A stretch of 64,000 bases of DNA. Origin: an uncultured bacterium. Its GTDB lineage: Bacteria > Verrucomicrobiota > Verrucomicrobiia > Limisphaerales > UBA8199. This document shows positions 9,194 to 17,427 of this stretch, piece by piece (positions within the stretch are counted from its first letter, which is position 1; each line of letters begins with the position of its first letter). Location: contig CAVVMW010000004.1 of NCBI GenBank assembly GCA_963749495.1, positions 352,001 to 416,000 of the forward strand, given 5' to 3'. The position numbers and the translations under genes are program-made. The notes under the pieces are model-generated. The model did not search any database. It saw nothing but the letters and a program-made list of their open reading frames with translations, and was not told the origin of the DNA.

Positions 9194-10264
9194 TCACTCC
9201 GCCCCTGTTCCATCAGTTCGCGCACGTGCGCCTCCGCTGAGGCCGCCAGGGCCTGGAGGTTGTAGCCGCCCTCCAGGACCGAGACCAGGCGATTGCGGCT
9301 GAACCGGGCGGCGATTGCCTTCACCCTGCGGGTCAATTCCGCGTACCCTGACGGCGTCACTTTCATCCGCCCCAGCAGGTCTCCCTGGGCGGCATCGAAG
9401 CCGGCGGAGACCAGCACGAAATCCGGCTCAAAGCCCGCCGCCGCCGGTTTGAGCTTCTCCTCAAAGGCCCGCCGGTACTCGGCGTCGCCACACCCCGCCG
9501 GCAGCGGCACGTTGCAGGTAAAGCCCAGGCCCTTTCCTCGTCCTTTCTCCTCCGCGCTGCCGGTCCCCGGGTAAAACGGGGATTGGTGGACCGAGAAGTA
9601 GAACACGGTCGGGTCTTCATAAAAGGCCGCCTGGGTGCCGTTGCCATGGTGGACGTCCCAGTCCACAATCAGCACCTTGGCCAGCTTGTGCCCTTTCTGG
9701 ATGTGGCGCGCGGCAATGGCCACGTTGTTGAAGAGGCAGAATCCCATGGCCCGGTCCTTGAGCGCATGATGGCCCGGAGGACGCACGGCGCAAAAGGCAT
9801 TGCGGATCTCGCCTCCCATGACGGCATCGATGGCGCCCTGCACGCCCCCGGCCGCCGCCAGCGCCACTTCATAAGAGCCGGTCGAGGCGGGCGCGTCCGG
9901 CGTGTCCACATAGCCTGTTCCGGCCCGGCAGCTCTGCCTGACCCGCTCGACGTATTCCGCCGAGTGGACCGCCGTAATCGATTCCATGGACGCCGCCGCC
10001 GGCTTGAGCCTGGCCAGCTTGGGCAGCAACTCCGCCTGCTTCAATCGCTCCACGATCGCCGTCAGCCGCTCAGGCCGCTCCGGATGCCCCGCCCCCGTGT
10101 CGTGCCTCAGATAGATCTCGTCGTAGAGAAATCCGGTGCGGGCCGCGGCCCGCGTTCTCGGTCTTCACGCGGGCTGTTTGCGCCCGGAGCGCGGCCGCCC
10201 AGGCCCCGATCGCCGAGAGCAGGAACAGCCGCCTGGAGGATAGGTGAAATAAACCGGTGTTCAT
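9187..10264 (-). CDS. Histone deacetylase-family (AcuC/AphA) amidohydrolase with Tat signal; frameshift near 10150
   Basis: HPERPERL, RPPGHHA, GFCLFNN, DWDVHHGNGTQ, SAGFD, LEGGY; upstream frame MNTGLFHLSSRRLFLL... Confidence 0.88.
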
Positions 10265-10370
10265 ACTGAGAGTGTAGAGCCGGAATACTCGTAGAGGAAG
10301 GAAGAACGATACGGAACCCGAGGCGGGTCCGGATGGGGGACGAAAACCCCGCGCGTGCCGGGACCCTCTG

Positions 10371-10710
10371 TCACCGCGCAGCGGTGCCTGATGGTAGCCG
10401 TGGACTTCAGTCCACGGACACCCGGCCCGGGATAGACAGGGTCGCGTAGCGACGCCTGAAAACGGAATGCGATCCGGGGGTGCGAAGCCCTCAAGCGTCG
10501 CTACGCGACGCGCGGTCCTTCTAACGCCCTAAACCGTGGACCAAGGTCCACGGCTTACCTTCACTGCGTCGCTGCGCGACGCGCGCGCTGGGTCCGGCTC
10601 ACCGCGTAGCGGTGCGCGATGGTAGCCGTGGACTTCCAGTTTACGGACTCATGGCCCAAGCTCGAACGCGTCGCGCAGCGACGCCGGAAAACCGCGAGGC
10701 CGTCAAGCGT
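10371..10710. repeat. REP-like element family D: one full and one partial copy
   Basis: TCACCGCGYAGCGGTG...ATGGTAGCCGTGGACTT...GTCGCGTAGCGACG...CGTCGCTACGCGACG; restarts at 10599; another copy at 12429-12644. Confidence 0.8.
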
Positions 10711-10749
10711 CTGCTTGACCTGCGGATCATCTTCAGGTAAGCATTGATT

Positions 10750-10968
10750 ATGAGCGTGGCCACAGAGGAAATCATTCGCGTTTGCGAGGCCCTTCCACCC
10801 GACAAGCAGACCGAAGTCGCCGATTTCGCGCGTTTCCTGCTCGCTCGTCAGGACGAGGCTGCATGGGAACGCATTATAGCCGAGCGAATGCCTCGGCCGC
10901 GCCTGGAGGCCTTCCTGGGCGAATCGGCTGCCGAAGGTGACGAGCCCCTGGAGCTGGATCGCCTGTGA
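10750..10968 (+). CDS. Antitoxin-like small protein (DUF2281-like)
   Basis: EALPPDKQTEVADFARFL; overlaps the toxin start (GTGA). Confidence 0.7.
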   Translation: MSVATEEIIRVCEALPPDKQTEVADFARFLLARQDEAAWERIIAERMPRPRLEAFLGESAAEGDEPLELDRL

Positions 10969-11228
10969 GATCCCGCGTCCGGCCGAGCTTCTGGCGCGCT
11001 TACGCGGCACTCGACCCGCACACGCGCGAAGCCGCCCGCCGGGCCTATCACCTGTTTCTCAGCGATCCGAGCCACCCATCCCTGCGTTTCAAGAAGCTCG
11101 GCGGTTACGAAAACATCTGGTCGGTCCGTATTACTGGGCAGTACCGCGCCGTCGGCGAGCGCCAAGGCGACTCGATCATCTGGGTTTGGATTGGGACGCA
11201 CAATGAATTCGAGAACCTCTTTGGCTGA
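10965..11228 (+). CDS. RelE/ParE-like toxin
   Basis: FWRAY..L...AYHLF..DPSHPSLRFKKL...WSVRI...YRAVG...WVWIGTHNEF. Confidence 0.85.
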   Translation: MRSRVRPSFWRAYAALDPHTREAARRAYHLFLSDPSHPSLRFKKLGGYENIWSVRITGQYRAVGERQGDSIIWVWIGTHNEFENLFG

Positions 11229-11230
11229 CG

Positions 11231-11743
11231 CTACACCCTCCATTCGCTCTTGAGGTAGGCGGCCTTTGCGAGCCAGGCGGGGTTGATCCGCACCCCCCAG
11301 CCGGGACCGTCGGGGAGCTTGACCTTGCCCTCGACGACCTTGAGCGACGGGCTGTAGAGGGACTCGCCGGCGTTGGCGTCCTCTTCGATGCTGAACTCGA
11401 CAAACGGCCCCGCATTGGGAATGGAGGCCATGAAGTGCAGCGAGAACAGCGTGATGAGCGAGAGGTGGGATGAGTGGGGCACCACGAGCTTGCGCGCCTG
11501 GCGGGCGAGGCCGGCCACGCGCCAGGCGCGGGTGAAACCGCCCACGTAACAAAGGTCCGGCTGGCAGATGCTCACCGCGTTCATGCGGATCATGCGGCGC
11601 CATTGGGCCAGGTCGTTGTCCTGTTCTCCGCCCGCCACATTCATCTTGAGCGCGGCGGTCACTTCCGCCGTCCACTCCATCTCCCAATACGGGCAGGGCT
11701 CCTCGAACCAAAAGTAATGGTTGTCCTCCAGGCGCCGGCCCAT
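11231..11743 (-). pseudogene. 5'-truncated mandelate racemase/muconate-lactonizing enzyme family gene
   Basis: WFEEPCP, AGGEQD, QPDLCYVGG, VVPHS, PDGPGWGV; only the C-terminal 170 aa are present. Confidence 0.8.
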
Positions 11744-11960
11744 CTCAGCGGATCATTGAGGCGACAGAGGAGTTTGCGACTTGCAAGGGGATGCGTCGGC
11801 AGTTTGAGGGGGGCGCAGCGCGTTGAGCCACGGCAATGAGGAGCATGCTCGTGGGGACGCCCACACCAATACATAAGCCCAATCTTCGGGGCCCGATTCA
11901 GGATTGACGTCTTCCGGTTCTTTGCTAGAATAGCCTCGTACAACGAATCCTGGGCTAGTC

Positions 11961-12416
11961 ATGAAAACTCTAAAGCTGCTCCTTGCAGGGTCGCTCCTGG
12001 TCCTCGCGACGGCTCTCCCGGCGTCTGCGCAGTCCTACGATCTCTCCTGGTTCACCATCGATGGGGGCGGCGGGATCAGCACGGGAGGGGATTATACGCT
12101 GGTCGGCACGATCGGTCAACCGGATGCCGGCATACTCAGCGGCGGTCCTTACACGATCACCGGAGGTTTCTGGAGCGCGGTGACCGCGGTCACCCCTCCC
12201 CCCGGAGGCCCGGAAATCTCGGTCCAGCGGTCCGGCAAGGACGTGCTCGTCTCCTGGCCCTCTCCTTCCTCCGGTTTTGTCCTGGAGGAAAGCACGAGCC
12301 TGGAGCCCGCTTCCTGGAGCCCGGTCCAGCAAACCGTCAACGACAACGGCACGATCAAGAGCGTCACCATCCCCGCGCCCACACTCCGCGCGAAGTTCTA
12401 TCGCCTCAGATATTGA
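11961..12416 (+). CDS. Secreted protein with C-terminal ...FYRL domain
   Basis: Signal peptide, WFTIDGGGG...GTIGQPDAG...GGFW, VSWP...FVLEES..L...W...KFYRLRY. Confidence 0.8.
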   Translation: MKTLKLLLAGSLLVLATALPASAQSYDLSWFTIDGGGGISTGGDYTLVGTIGQPDAGILSGGPYTITGGFWSAVTAVTPPPGGPEISVQRSGKDVLVSWPSPSSGFVLEESTSLEPASWSPVQQTVNDNGTIKSVTIPAPTLRAKFYRLRY

Positions 12417-12428
12417 GCGGGCCTCTGT

Positions 12429-12644
12429 TCACCGCGGAGCGGTGTCCCGATGGTAGCCGGGCGGCTTTAGCCCCCGGTCAAGGTGCCGGAGAAGTCCCGG
12501 CGTCGCGTAGCGACGCGTGAAACGGCCTGAGGCCCCGAGGGCGTGCGGCGGCTCAGGCGTCGCTACGCGACGCGACGCCTCTGGCTGGACCCCGTTTCCG
12601 TGGGCTGAAGCCACACGGCTACCTTCGTATCATCGCTACGCGAT
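12429..12644. repeat. REP-like element family D copy
   Basis: Same arm architecture as 10371-10580. Confidence 0.8.
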
Positions 12645-12805
12645 GAGCAGAGCCGGACCAGCGCCCAACTGTCGAGGCACGCTTTCCTTCCAACACGTGC
12701 GCGAATTCTGTGGGGCGAAGAATTCCGTCTCACGCCCCCGGGCGGCAGCGCCCCGAAATTCCGGGCGTGACTTTGGGGCGGTCTCATGGGAACTTCAAAG
12801 GACTT

Positions 12806-13495
12806 ATGAAAAGACTTGCAACATTTTGTGCGTTGAGCTTGACCCTGAACCTGGCCCTGGCTCAGAGCGGCGAGGCGAAAAAGGAGGAGGGAAAAAAGGA
12901 GGCCGCCCCGGCGGCCGCCGCAAAAGAGGTGGCCGTGATCAAGACCAGCGACGGCAACATGGTCATCGAGTTCTGGCCCGACGTGGCTCCGAAGACAGTC
13001 GAGAATTTCAAGGCGCTGGCCAAAAAGGGCTTTTACGACGGCACGGCGTTTCACCGGGTTATCAAGGGATTCATGATCCAGGGCGGGGACCCCAACACTA
13101 AGGACCCCGCCAACGAAAAAGCGGCTCCCGGCAGTGGCAAAGCCTTTGGCGAAGGCGGCCCCGATTACAGGATCAAGGCCGAGTTCAACGACCGCCACCA
13201 CGGGCGGGGCGTCATCTCGATGGCCCGCAGTGGCGATCCGATGGAGCGCTTGGGTCAGCCCCCGCGTCCTCAATTCGCCGACAGCGCCGGCAGCCAGTTC
13301 TTCATCTGCCACGGCGATGCCGCGTCGCTGGACCACAAGTACACGGCCTTCGGGAAACTGATCAAGGGGGATGACGTGCTCGACAAAATCGCCAATACCC
13401 CGGTCACGACCAGCGCCGGGGGCGAGCCAAGCAAGCCCACGACCCGGGTCGAGGTGAAGAAGATCGAGATCGCGCCCGCCGACTCGATCAAGTAG
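12806..13495 (+). CDS. Exported cyclophilin-type peptidyl-prolyl isomerase
   Basis: Signal peptide; APKTVENF, FYDGTAFHRVIKGFMIQGGDP, SMAR, SAGSQFFI. Confidence 0.93.
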   Translation: MKRLATFCALSLTLNLALAQSGEAKKEEGKKEAAPAAAAKEVAVIKTSDGNMVIEFWPDVAPKTVENFKALAKKGFYDGTAFHRVIKGFMIQGGDPNTKDPANEKAAPGSGKAFGEGGPDYRIKAEFNDRHHGRGVISMARSGDPMERLGQPPRPQFADSAGSQFFICHGDAASLDHKYTAFGKLIKGDDVLDKIANTPVTTSAGGEPSKPTTRVEVKKIEIAPADSIK

Positions 13496-13525
13496 AGCCA
13501 ATCAAATTCAACCGGGAGCATTGCC

Positions 13526-14032
13526 ATGAAGGAGGTCGCAGTCGTCAAGACCAGCAGCGGGGAGATGGTGCTCGAGTTTTGGCCCGACGTGGCGCCCAAG
13601 ACGGTCGAGAACTTCAAACAACTGGCCCAGGAGGGCTTTTACGATGGCACCACGTTTCATCGCATCGTCAAGGGCTTTATGATCCAGGGCGGTGATCCCC
13701 TCACCAAGGACCCGTCCCGGGAGAGCGAGTGGGGCACCGGCGGCCCGGGTCGGACCATCAAGGCCGAGTTCAACGACCGTTCCCACCAGCACGGGGTCAT
13801 CTCGATGGCCCGCTCTCAGCACCCGGACTCGGCCGGGAGCCAGTTCTTCATCTGCCTGGGCGAGGCCTCGTTCCTGGACCGGAAATACGCCGCCTTTGGC
13901 CGGCTCACCCAAGGCGATGACGTGCTGGACCGGATCGGCAACACGCCGGTCACCGCGAACGCCAGCGGGGAGCGGAGCAAACCGCTCACGCGCATCACCG
14001 TCGAAAGCATCCGTCTGGTGACTCAACCGTAG
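13526..14032 (+). CDS. Cytoplasmic cyclophilin-type peptidyl-prolyl isomerase
   Basis: Same motifs, no signal peptide; tandem paralog. Confidence 0.93.
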   Translation: MKEVAVVKTSSGEMVLEFWPDVAPKTVENFKQLAQEGFYDGTTFHRIVKGFMIQGGDPLTKDPSRESEWGTGGPGRTIKAEFNDRSHQHGVISMARSQHPDSAGSQFFICLGEASFLDRKYAAFGRLTQGDDVLDRIGNTPVTANASGERSKPLTRITVESIRLVTQP

Positions 14033-14043
14033 CCCGCGGGACC

Positions 14044-14238
14044 ATGCGCGTCGAGGAGTTGGCTGCCGCCCTTGCGGCCCTCGGTTGCCCGCCGGAGAAA
14101 TCGGCGGGGATGGCGGCGCAGCTCGACAGGCGCGCCCGCCAATTGGCCGAGCGAAAGGGCCGCACTTACGACGAGGCGCTGGCGCACCTGCTGCAACTGA
14201 TGCGCCAGGGCTGGGCGGCCAAAGAGCGGGGGCTTTGA
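14044..14238 (+). CDS. Small hypothetical protein
   Basis: 64 aa; TGATG coupling to the NUDIX gene. Confidence 0.65.
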   Translation: MRVEELAAALAALGCPPEKSAGMAAQLDRRARQLAERKGRTYDEALAHLLQLMRQGWAAKERGL

Positions 14239-14804
14239 TGGAAACGATCAAGCCCTGGGAAAAAATCGCCTCAGTGCCCGCGGCCGACTTCCGGATCTTC
14301 AGCATCCGCACCGACCGGAGGGTCTCGCCGCGCACCGGGCAGGCGCACGACTTTTACGTCATCAACTGTGCCAATTGGGTGAACGTGATCGCTCTGACGC
14401 CTGACCAGCAGGTGGTCATGGTCGAGCAATTCCGCCATGGGTCGAACACCGTTGAACTGGAAATCCCGGGCGGGATGATCGACAGCGCCGATCCCTCCCC
14501 GGAAGCCGCCGGGCAGCGCGAACTGCGGGAAGAGACTGGCTACGCCGGGGAAAACGCGCGGCTCATCGGCCAGGTCTTTCCCAACCCGGCCATCATGACC
14601 AACACCTGCTTCACCGTGCTGGTCGAGAACTGCCGCTGCTGCCATCCGGTCGAGTTGGACTGCGCCGAGGACATGCTGACGCGGCTGGTGCCCGTGGCCG
14701 AGCTGCCCCGCCTCATGGCCGCCGGCAAGATCCGCCACTCCCTGGTGGCCGCGGCCCTCTATCACTTCGATCTCTGCCAGCGAGGGCTCAGCGGACGGGC
14801 GTAG
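14238..14804 (+). CDS. NUDIX hydrolase (ADP-ribose pyrophosphatase-like)
   Basis: EQFRHG, LEIPGGMID...AGQRELREETGY Nudix box. Confidence 0.92.
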   Translation: METIKPWEKIASVPAADFRIFSIRTDRRVSPRTGQAHDFYVINCANWVNVIALTPDQQVVMVEQFRHGSNTVELEIPGGMIDSADPSPEAAGQRELREETGYAGENARLIGQVFPNPAIMTNTCFTVLVENCRCCHPVELDCAEDMLTRLVPVAELPRLMAAGKIRHSLVAAALYHFDLCQRGLSGRA

Positions 14805-14865
14805 CCCCCCCTCTCCCCTTCTGCCGGGACGGCGTTCGAATTTCGCATTTGCGGCGCTCCCAGCC

Positions 14866-15146
14866 CTACCGTGCCCCCCGCCGCACCTTCTCCTTGTCTT
14901 CCTCCAGTTTGGCGCGCAGCGATTTGCGGTCGCCGGCCAGTTGCTTCTCCAACTGCTCGACAGCCTTGTCGTCCCCCTTGTCCACCGCCTTGACAATCTC
15001 GCCCTCGAGAAGAGCTCGCGCTCGGCCATTTTCGCGGCGCACTTCGATTCCAGGTCTGCAATGTCCTGCTTCTGCTCCGCTGTCAGCTTGAGCGTCGGCG
15101 AGGACTTGCTCAACCGCTCCATTGCCAGTTCGTATGCAGTCTTCAT
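14866..15146 (-). CDS. Small coiled-coil hypothetical protein; frameshift near 15010
   Basis: MKTAYELAMERL...AERELF continues in another frame as LEGEIVKA...EEDKEKVRRGAR*. Confidence 0.7.
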
Positions 15147-15256
15147 TTGACACTATGTATCGTATCTTAGGAGCCTGTCCTGGCGCAAGCACGGCCTGCC
15201 GGGCCGGTGTCGCAGGAGCGCATCCCGACACTGCCCCCACCGTCGGGGGCCGGACC

Positions 15257-15366
15257 GGAGTGCGCCCGTCCCCGGGCGCAGGAACGTCCGGAGCAGGGGC
15301 AGCGGTCAAACACTCCGGCGCGCGTGCCCGCTCCGACGCTGCTGCGCCCGAGGACGGGCGCACTCC
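15257..15366. repeat. REP-like element family E, copy 1
   Basis: GGAGTGCGCCCGTCCCCGGGCGCAG...CTGCGCCCGAGGACGGGCGCACTCC; copy 2 at 33391-33500. Confidence 0.85.
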
Positions 15367-15401
15367 AGGGGCACTGTCAGGATGCGCCAGTGTCGCAGAA
15401 A

Positions 15402-16190
15402 ATGAACGGGCCAATTAAACTGATCTCGACGGATTTCGACGGGACCCTGTATGCGGGGTTCGAGAGTCCGCCGGTGCCGGCGCGGCTGCAGGAGCTGCTC
15501 GGCCGATTGCAGGCCGCCGGGGCCAAGTGGATCATCAACACCGGCCGCGACCTCTCCAGCCTCATGGAATCCCTCGGCCGGGCGCGCATTGCCGTCGAAC
15601 CCGATTACCTGGTGCTGGTCGAACGCGAGATCTACTGCCACCAGGATTTGCAGTATCGCGGCCTGGAGCAATGGAACGCCGCCTGCTCGCGCACGCACGC
15701 AGAACTCTTCGCCCGCGTGCGGCCCTACTTGCCCCGCCTGGTGGCCTGGATCAACGAGCATTTTCACGCCCGCATCTACGAGGATGCCTACTCCCCCTTC
15801 TGCCTGGTCGCCGGCAACAACGGCGATGCGGATGCCATCCACCGTTACCTCAACGACTACTGCCGCGCCATCCCGGACCTGGCGGTCGTCCGCAACGACG
15901 TTTACGCCCGGTTCAGCCACGTCGCCTACAGCAAGGGCACGGCCCTGGCCGAGGTGACCCGACTCCTGGGCCTTACCGCCGACCACGTCTTCGCTGTCGG
16001 CGACCACTTGAATGATTTGCCCATGCTCTGCAGCCGCTTCGCCCGTTTCCTGGCCGCCCCGGGCAATGCCGTGGCCTCCGTAAAGGAAACGGTCCTCCGC
16101 CAGGGCGGTTATGTCAGCCGCCGATTCCACGGCAACGGCGTGGCCGACGCCCTGAACTTCTACCTGGACCCGGGCGCGGGTGGAGCGTGA
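15402..16190 (+). CDS. HAD-superfamily (IIB/Cof-like) hydrolase
   Basis: ISTDFDGTL, INTGR, SKGTAL, VGDHLNDLPM. Confidence 0.9.
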   Translation: MNGPIKLISTDFDGTLYAGFESPPVPARLQELLGRLQAAGAKWIINTGRDLSSLMESLGRARIAVEPDYLVLVEREIYCHQDLQYRGLEQWNAACSRTHAELFARVRPYLPRLVAWINEHFHARIYEDAYSPFCLVAGNNGDADAIHRYLNDYCRAIPDLAVVRNDVYARFSHVAYSKGTALAEVTRLLGLTADHVFAVGDHLNDLPMLCSRFARFLAAPGNAVASVKETVLRQGGYVSRRFHGNGVADALNFYLDPGAGGA

Positions 16191-16200
16191 GATAAAACAC

Positions 16201-16235
16201 GAAAGGCGGCCCGGTCCCATTCCGGGCCGCCTTTC
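16201..16235. terminator. Hairpin, probable terminator
   Basis: 14-bp stem GAAAGGCGGCCCGG/CCGGGCCGCCTTTC just after the HAD stop. Confidence 0.7.
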
Positions 16236-16356
16236 CTTGAACCAGCCATGCTGAACCACCGGACGGCGCTTGGCGTTGCCGCCGCCCGAGGCAGGCTAAG
16301 AGAAACGCAACACCGATCAGACGCGCCGGAATGCGGAGCTATTCAACCTTGGGGGC

Positions 16357-16385
16357 TTGACATACCTTAAACCATGAGGTATAAA
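16357..16385 (+). promoter_or_regulatory. Sigma70 promoter with an embedded palindromic operator
   Basis: TTGACA-17 bp-TATAAA; ATACCT-N9-AGGTAT inverted repeat spans the spacer. Confidence 0.8.
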
Positions 16386-16394
16386 GGGCGGCAT

Positions 16395-16730
16395 ATGGGC
16401 CGAAGCAATCCGAGTTTTCTCAATGGCGTGCCTGAGCTGCTGGTGCTCAAGCTCCTCTCCCGGCGCGAGATGTACGGCTATGAAATCGTCCGGGTCATCC
16501 AGGCCCAGACGCGTGAGCGGCTGGCGTTTGGCGAGGGTTGCATCTATCCCTACCTGCATTACCTGGAGCAGGAGAAGCTGGTCAACCGCTTCCGCAAGGA
16601 GGTCGAGGGTCGCAGCCGCAATTACTACGAACTCACCGCGCGCGGCCGGAAACGGCTGGAGGCCTTGACTGCGGAATGGAACCGCGTGGCGGCCGGCATC
16701 TCGCTGGTGATGGGAGGAGAGTATGCTTAG
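16395..16730 (+). CDS. PadR-family transcriptional regulator
   Basis: ELLVLKLL...MYGYEI...GEGCIYPYLHYLE...RNYYELTARG. Confidence 0.92.
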   Translation: MGRSNPSFLNGVPELLVLKLLSRREMYGYEIVRVIQAQTRERLAFGEGCIYPYLHYLEQEKLVNRFRKEVEGRSRNYYELTARGRKRLEALTAEWNRVAAGISLVMGGEYA

Positions 16731-16752
16731 GAGACAACACAGGAGACAATAT

Positions 16753-17425
16753 ATGAACCAAACCTCATCACTACCGGGGCTTGTGCTGGGCGCGCTGGCC
16801 CTGTGCCTGGCCGGCTGCGCGACCCACAAGGAACGGCCCGCGGCGCAACGCGGGTGGATCGGCGGGCAATGCGTGCTGGCCAAGAAGGTAGCGGTCCTGG
16901 AGGCCATCCTGCACAGACCGGGCGTCGAGGATTATCAGCAGTTTCCCGAGTCGGTGAGGCGGACGCAAAAGGCGGCGGTCCTGGTGAAGCATCTGGGCAC
17001 CAACGCCCCCGCCTACCGGGCCGGGCTGCGCCAAGGGGATCTGATCGTCGAACTGGACCACCGCCCGGCGGTGAGGCTGAAGCAATTCCACCGGACAATA
17101 GAGGCGAGCCGGCCAGGGACCTCGTTGCCGGTCAAGGTCTATCGCGATGGCCAGACGGCGGAGTACACTGTGGCCGTGGGCCGCGAGACGTATCGAAGAG
17201 GCGGTGAGTTTCGCCTCGTGCTCCCCAGCGTGGTGCATGGATGGGACCTGTGGCCCAACCCCGGTTTCTCGCTGGTGCTGTTGGGCTACGAACCCAACCG
17301 GGACCCGGCGAAGGATGCAACGCAGCCTGCGGCCGGGTCAACCGGTCTATGCAGAAGACTGGAGCGCGTTTGCAGGCATCCTCGACCTGTCAATCGGCAA
17401 ACGCATCTTGTCGCAGGAGGACTGA
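16753..17425 (+). CDS. PDZ-domain lipoprotein; frameshift near 17320
   Basis: Lipobox LAGC, PAYRAGLRQGDLIVELD; C-terminus in the alternate frame (YAEDWSAFAGILDLSIGKRILSQED*). Confidence 0.75.
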
Positions 17426-17427
17426 AC

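Noticed and set aside
4598..12644. Classical integron cassette array
   Set aside because: No IntI tyrosine recombinase and no convincing RYYYAAC...GTTRRRY attC sites; the palindromes are REP-like
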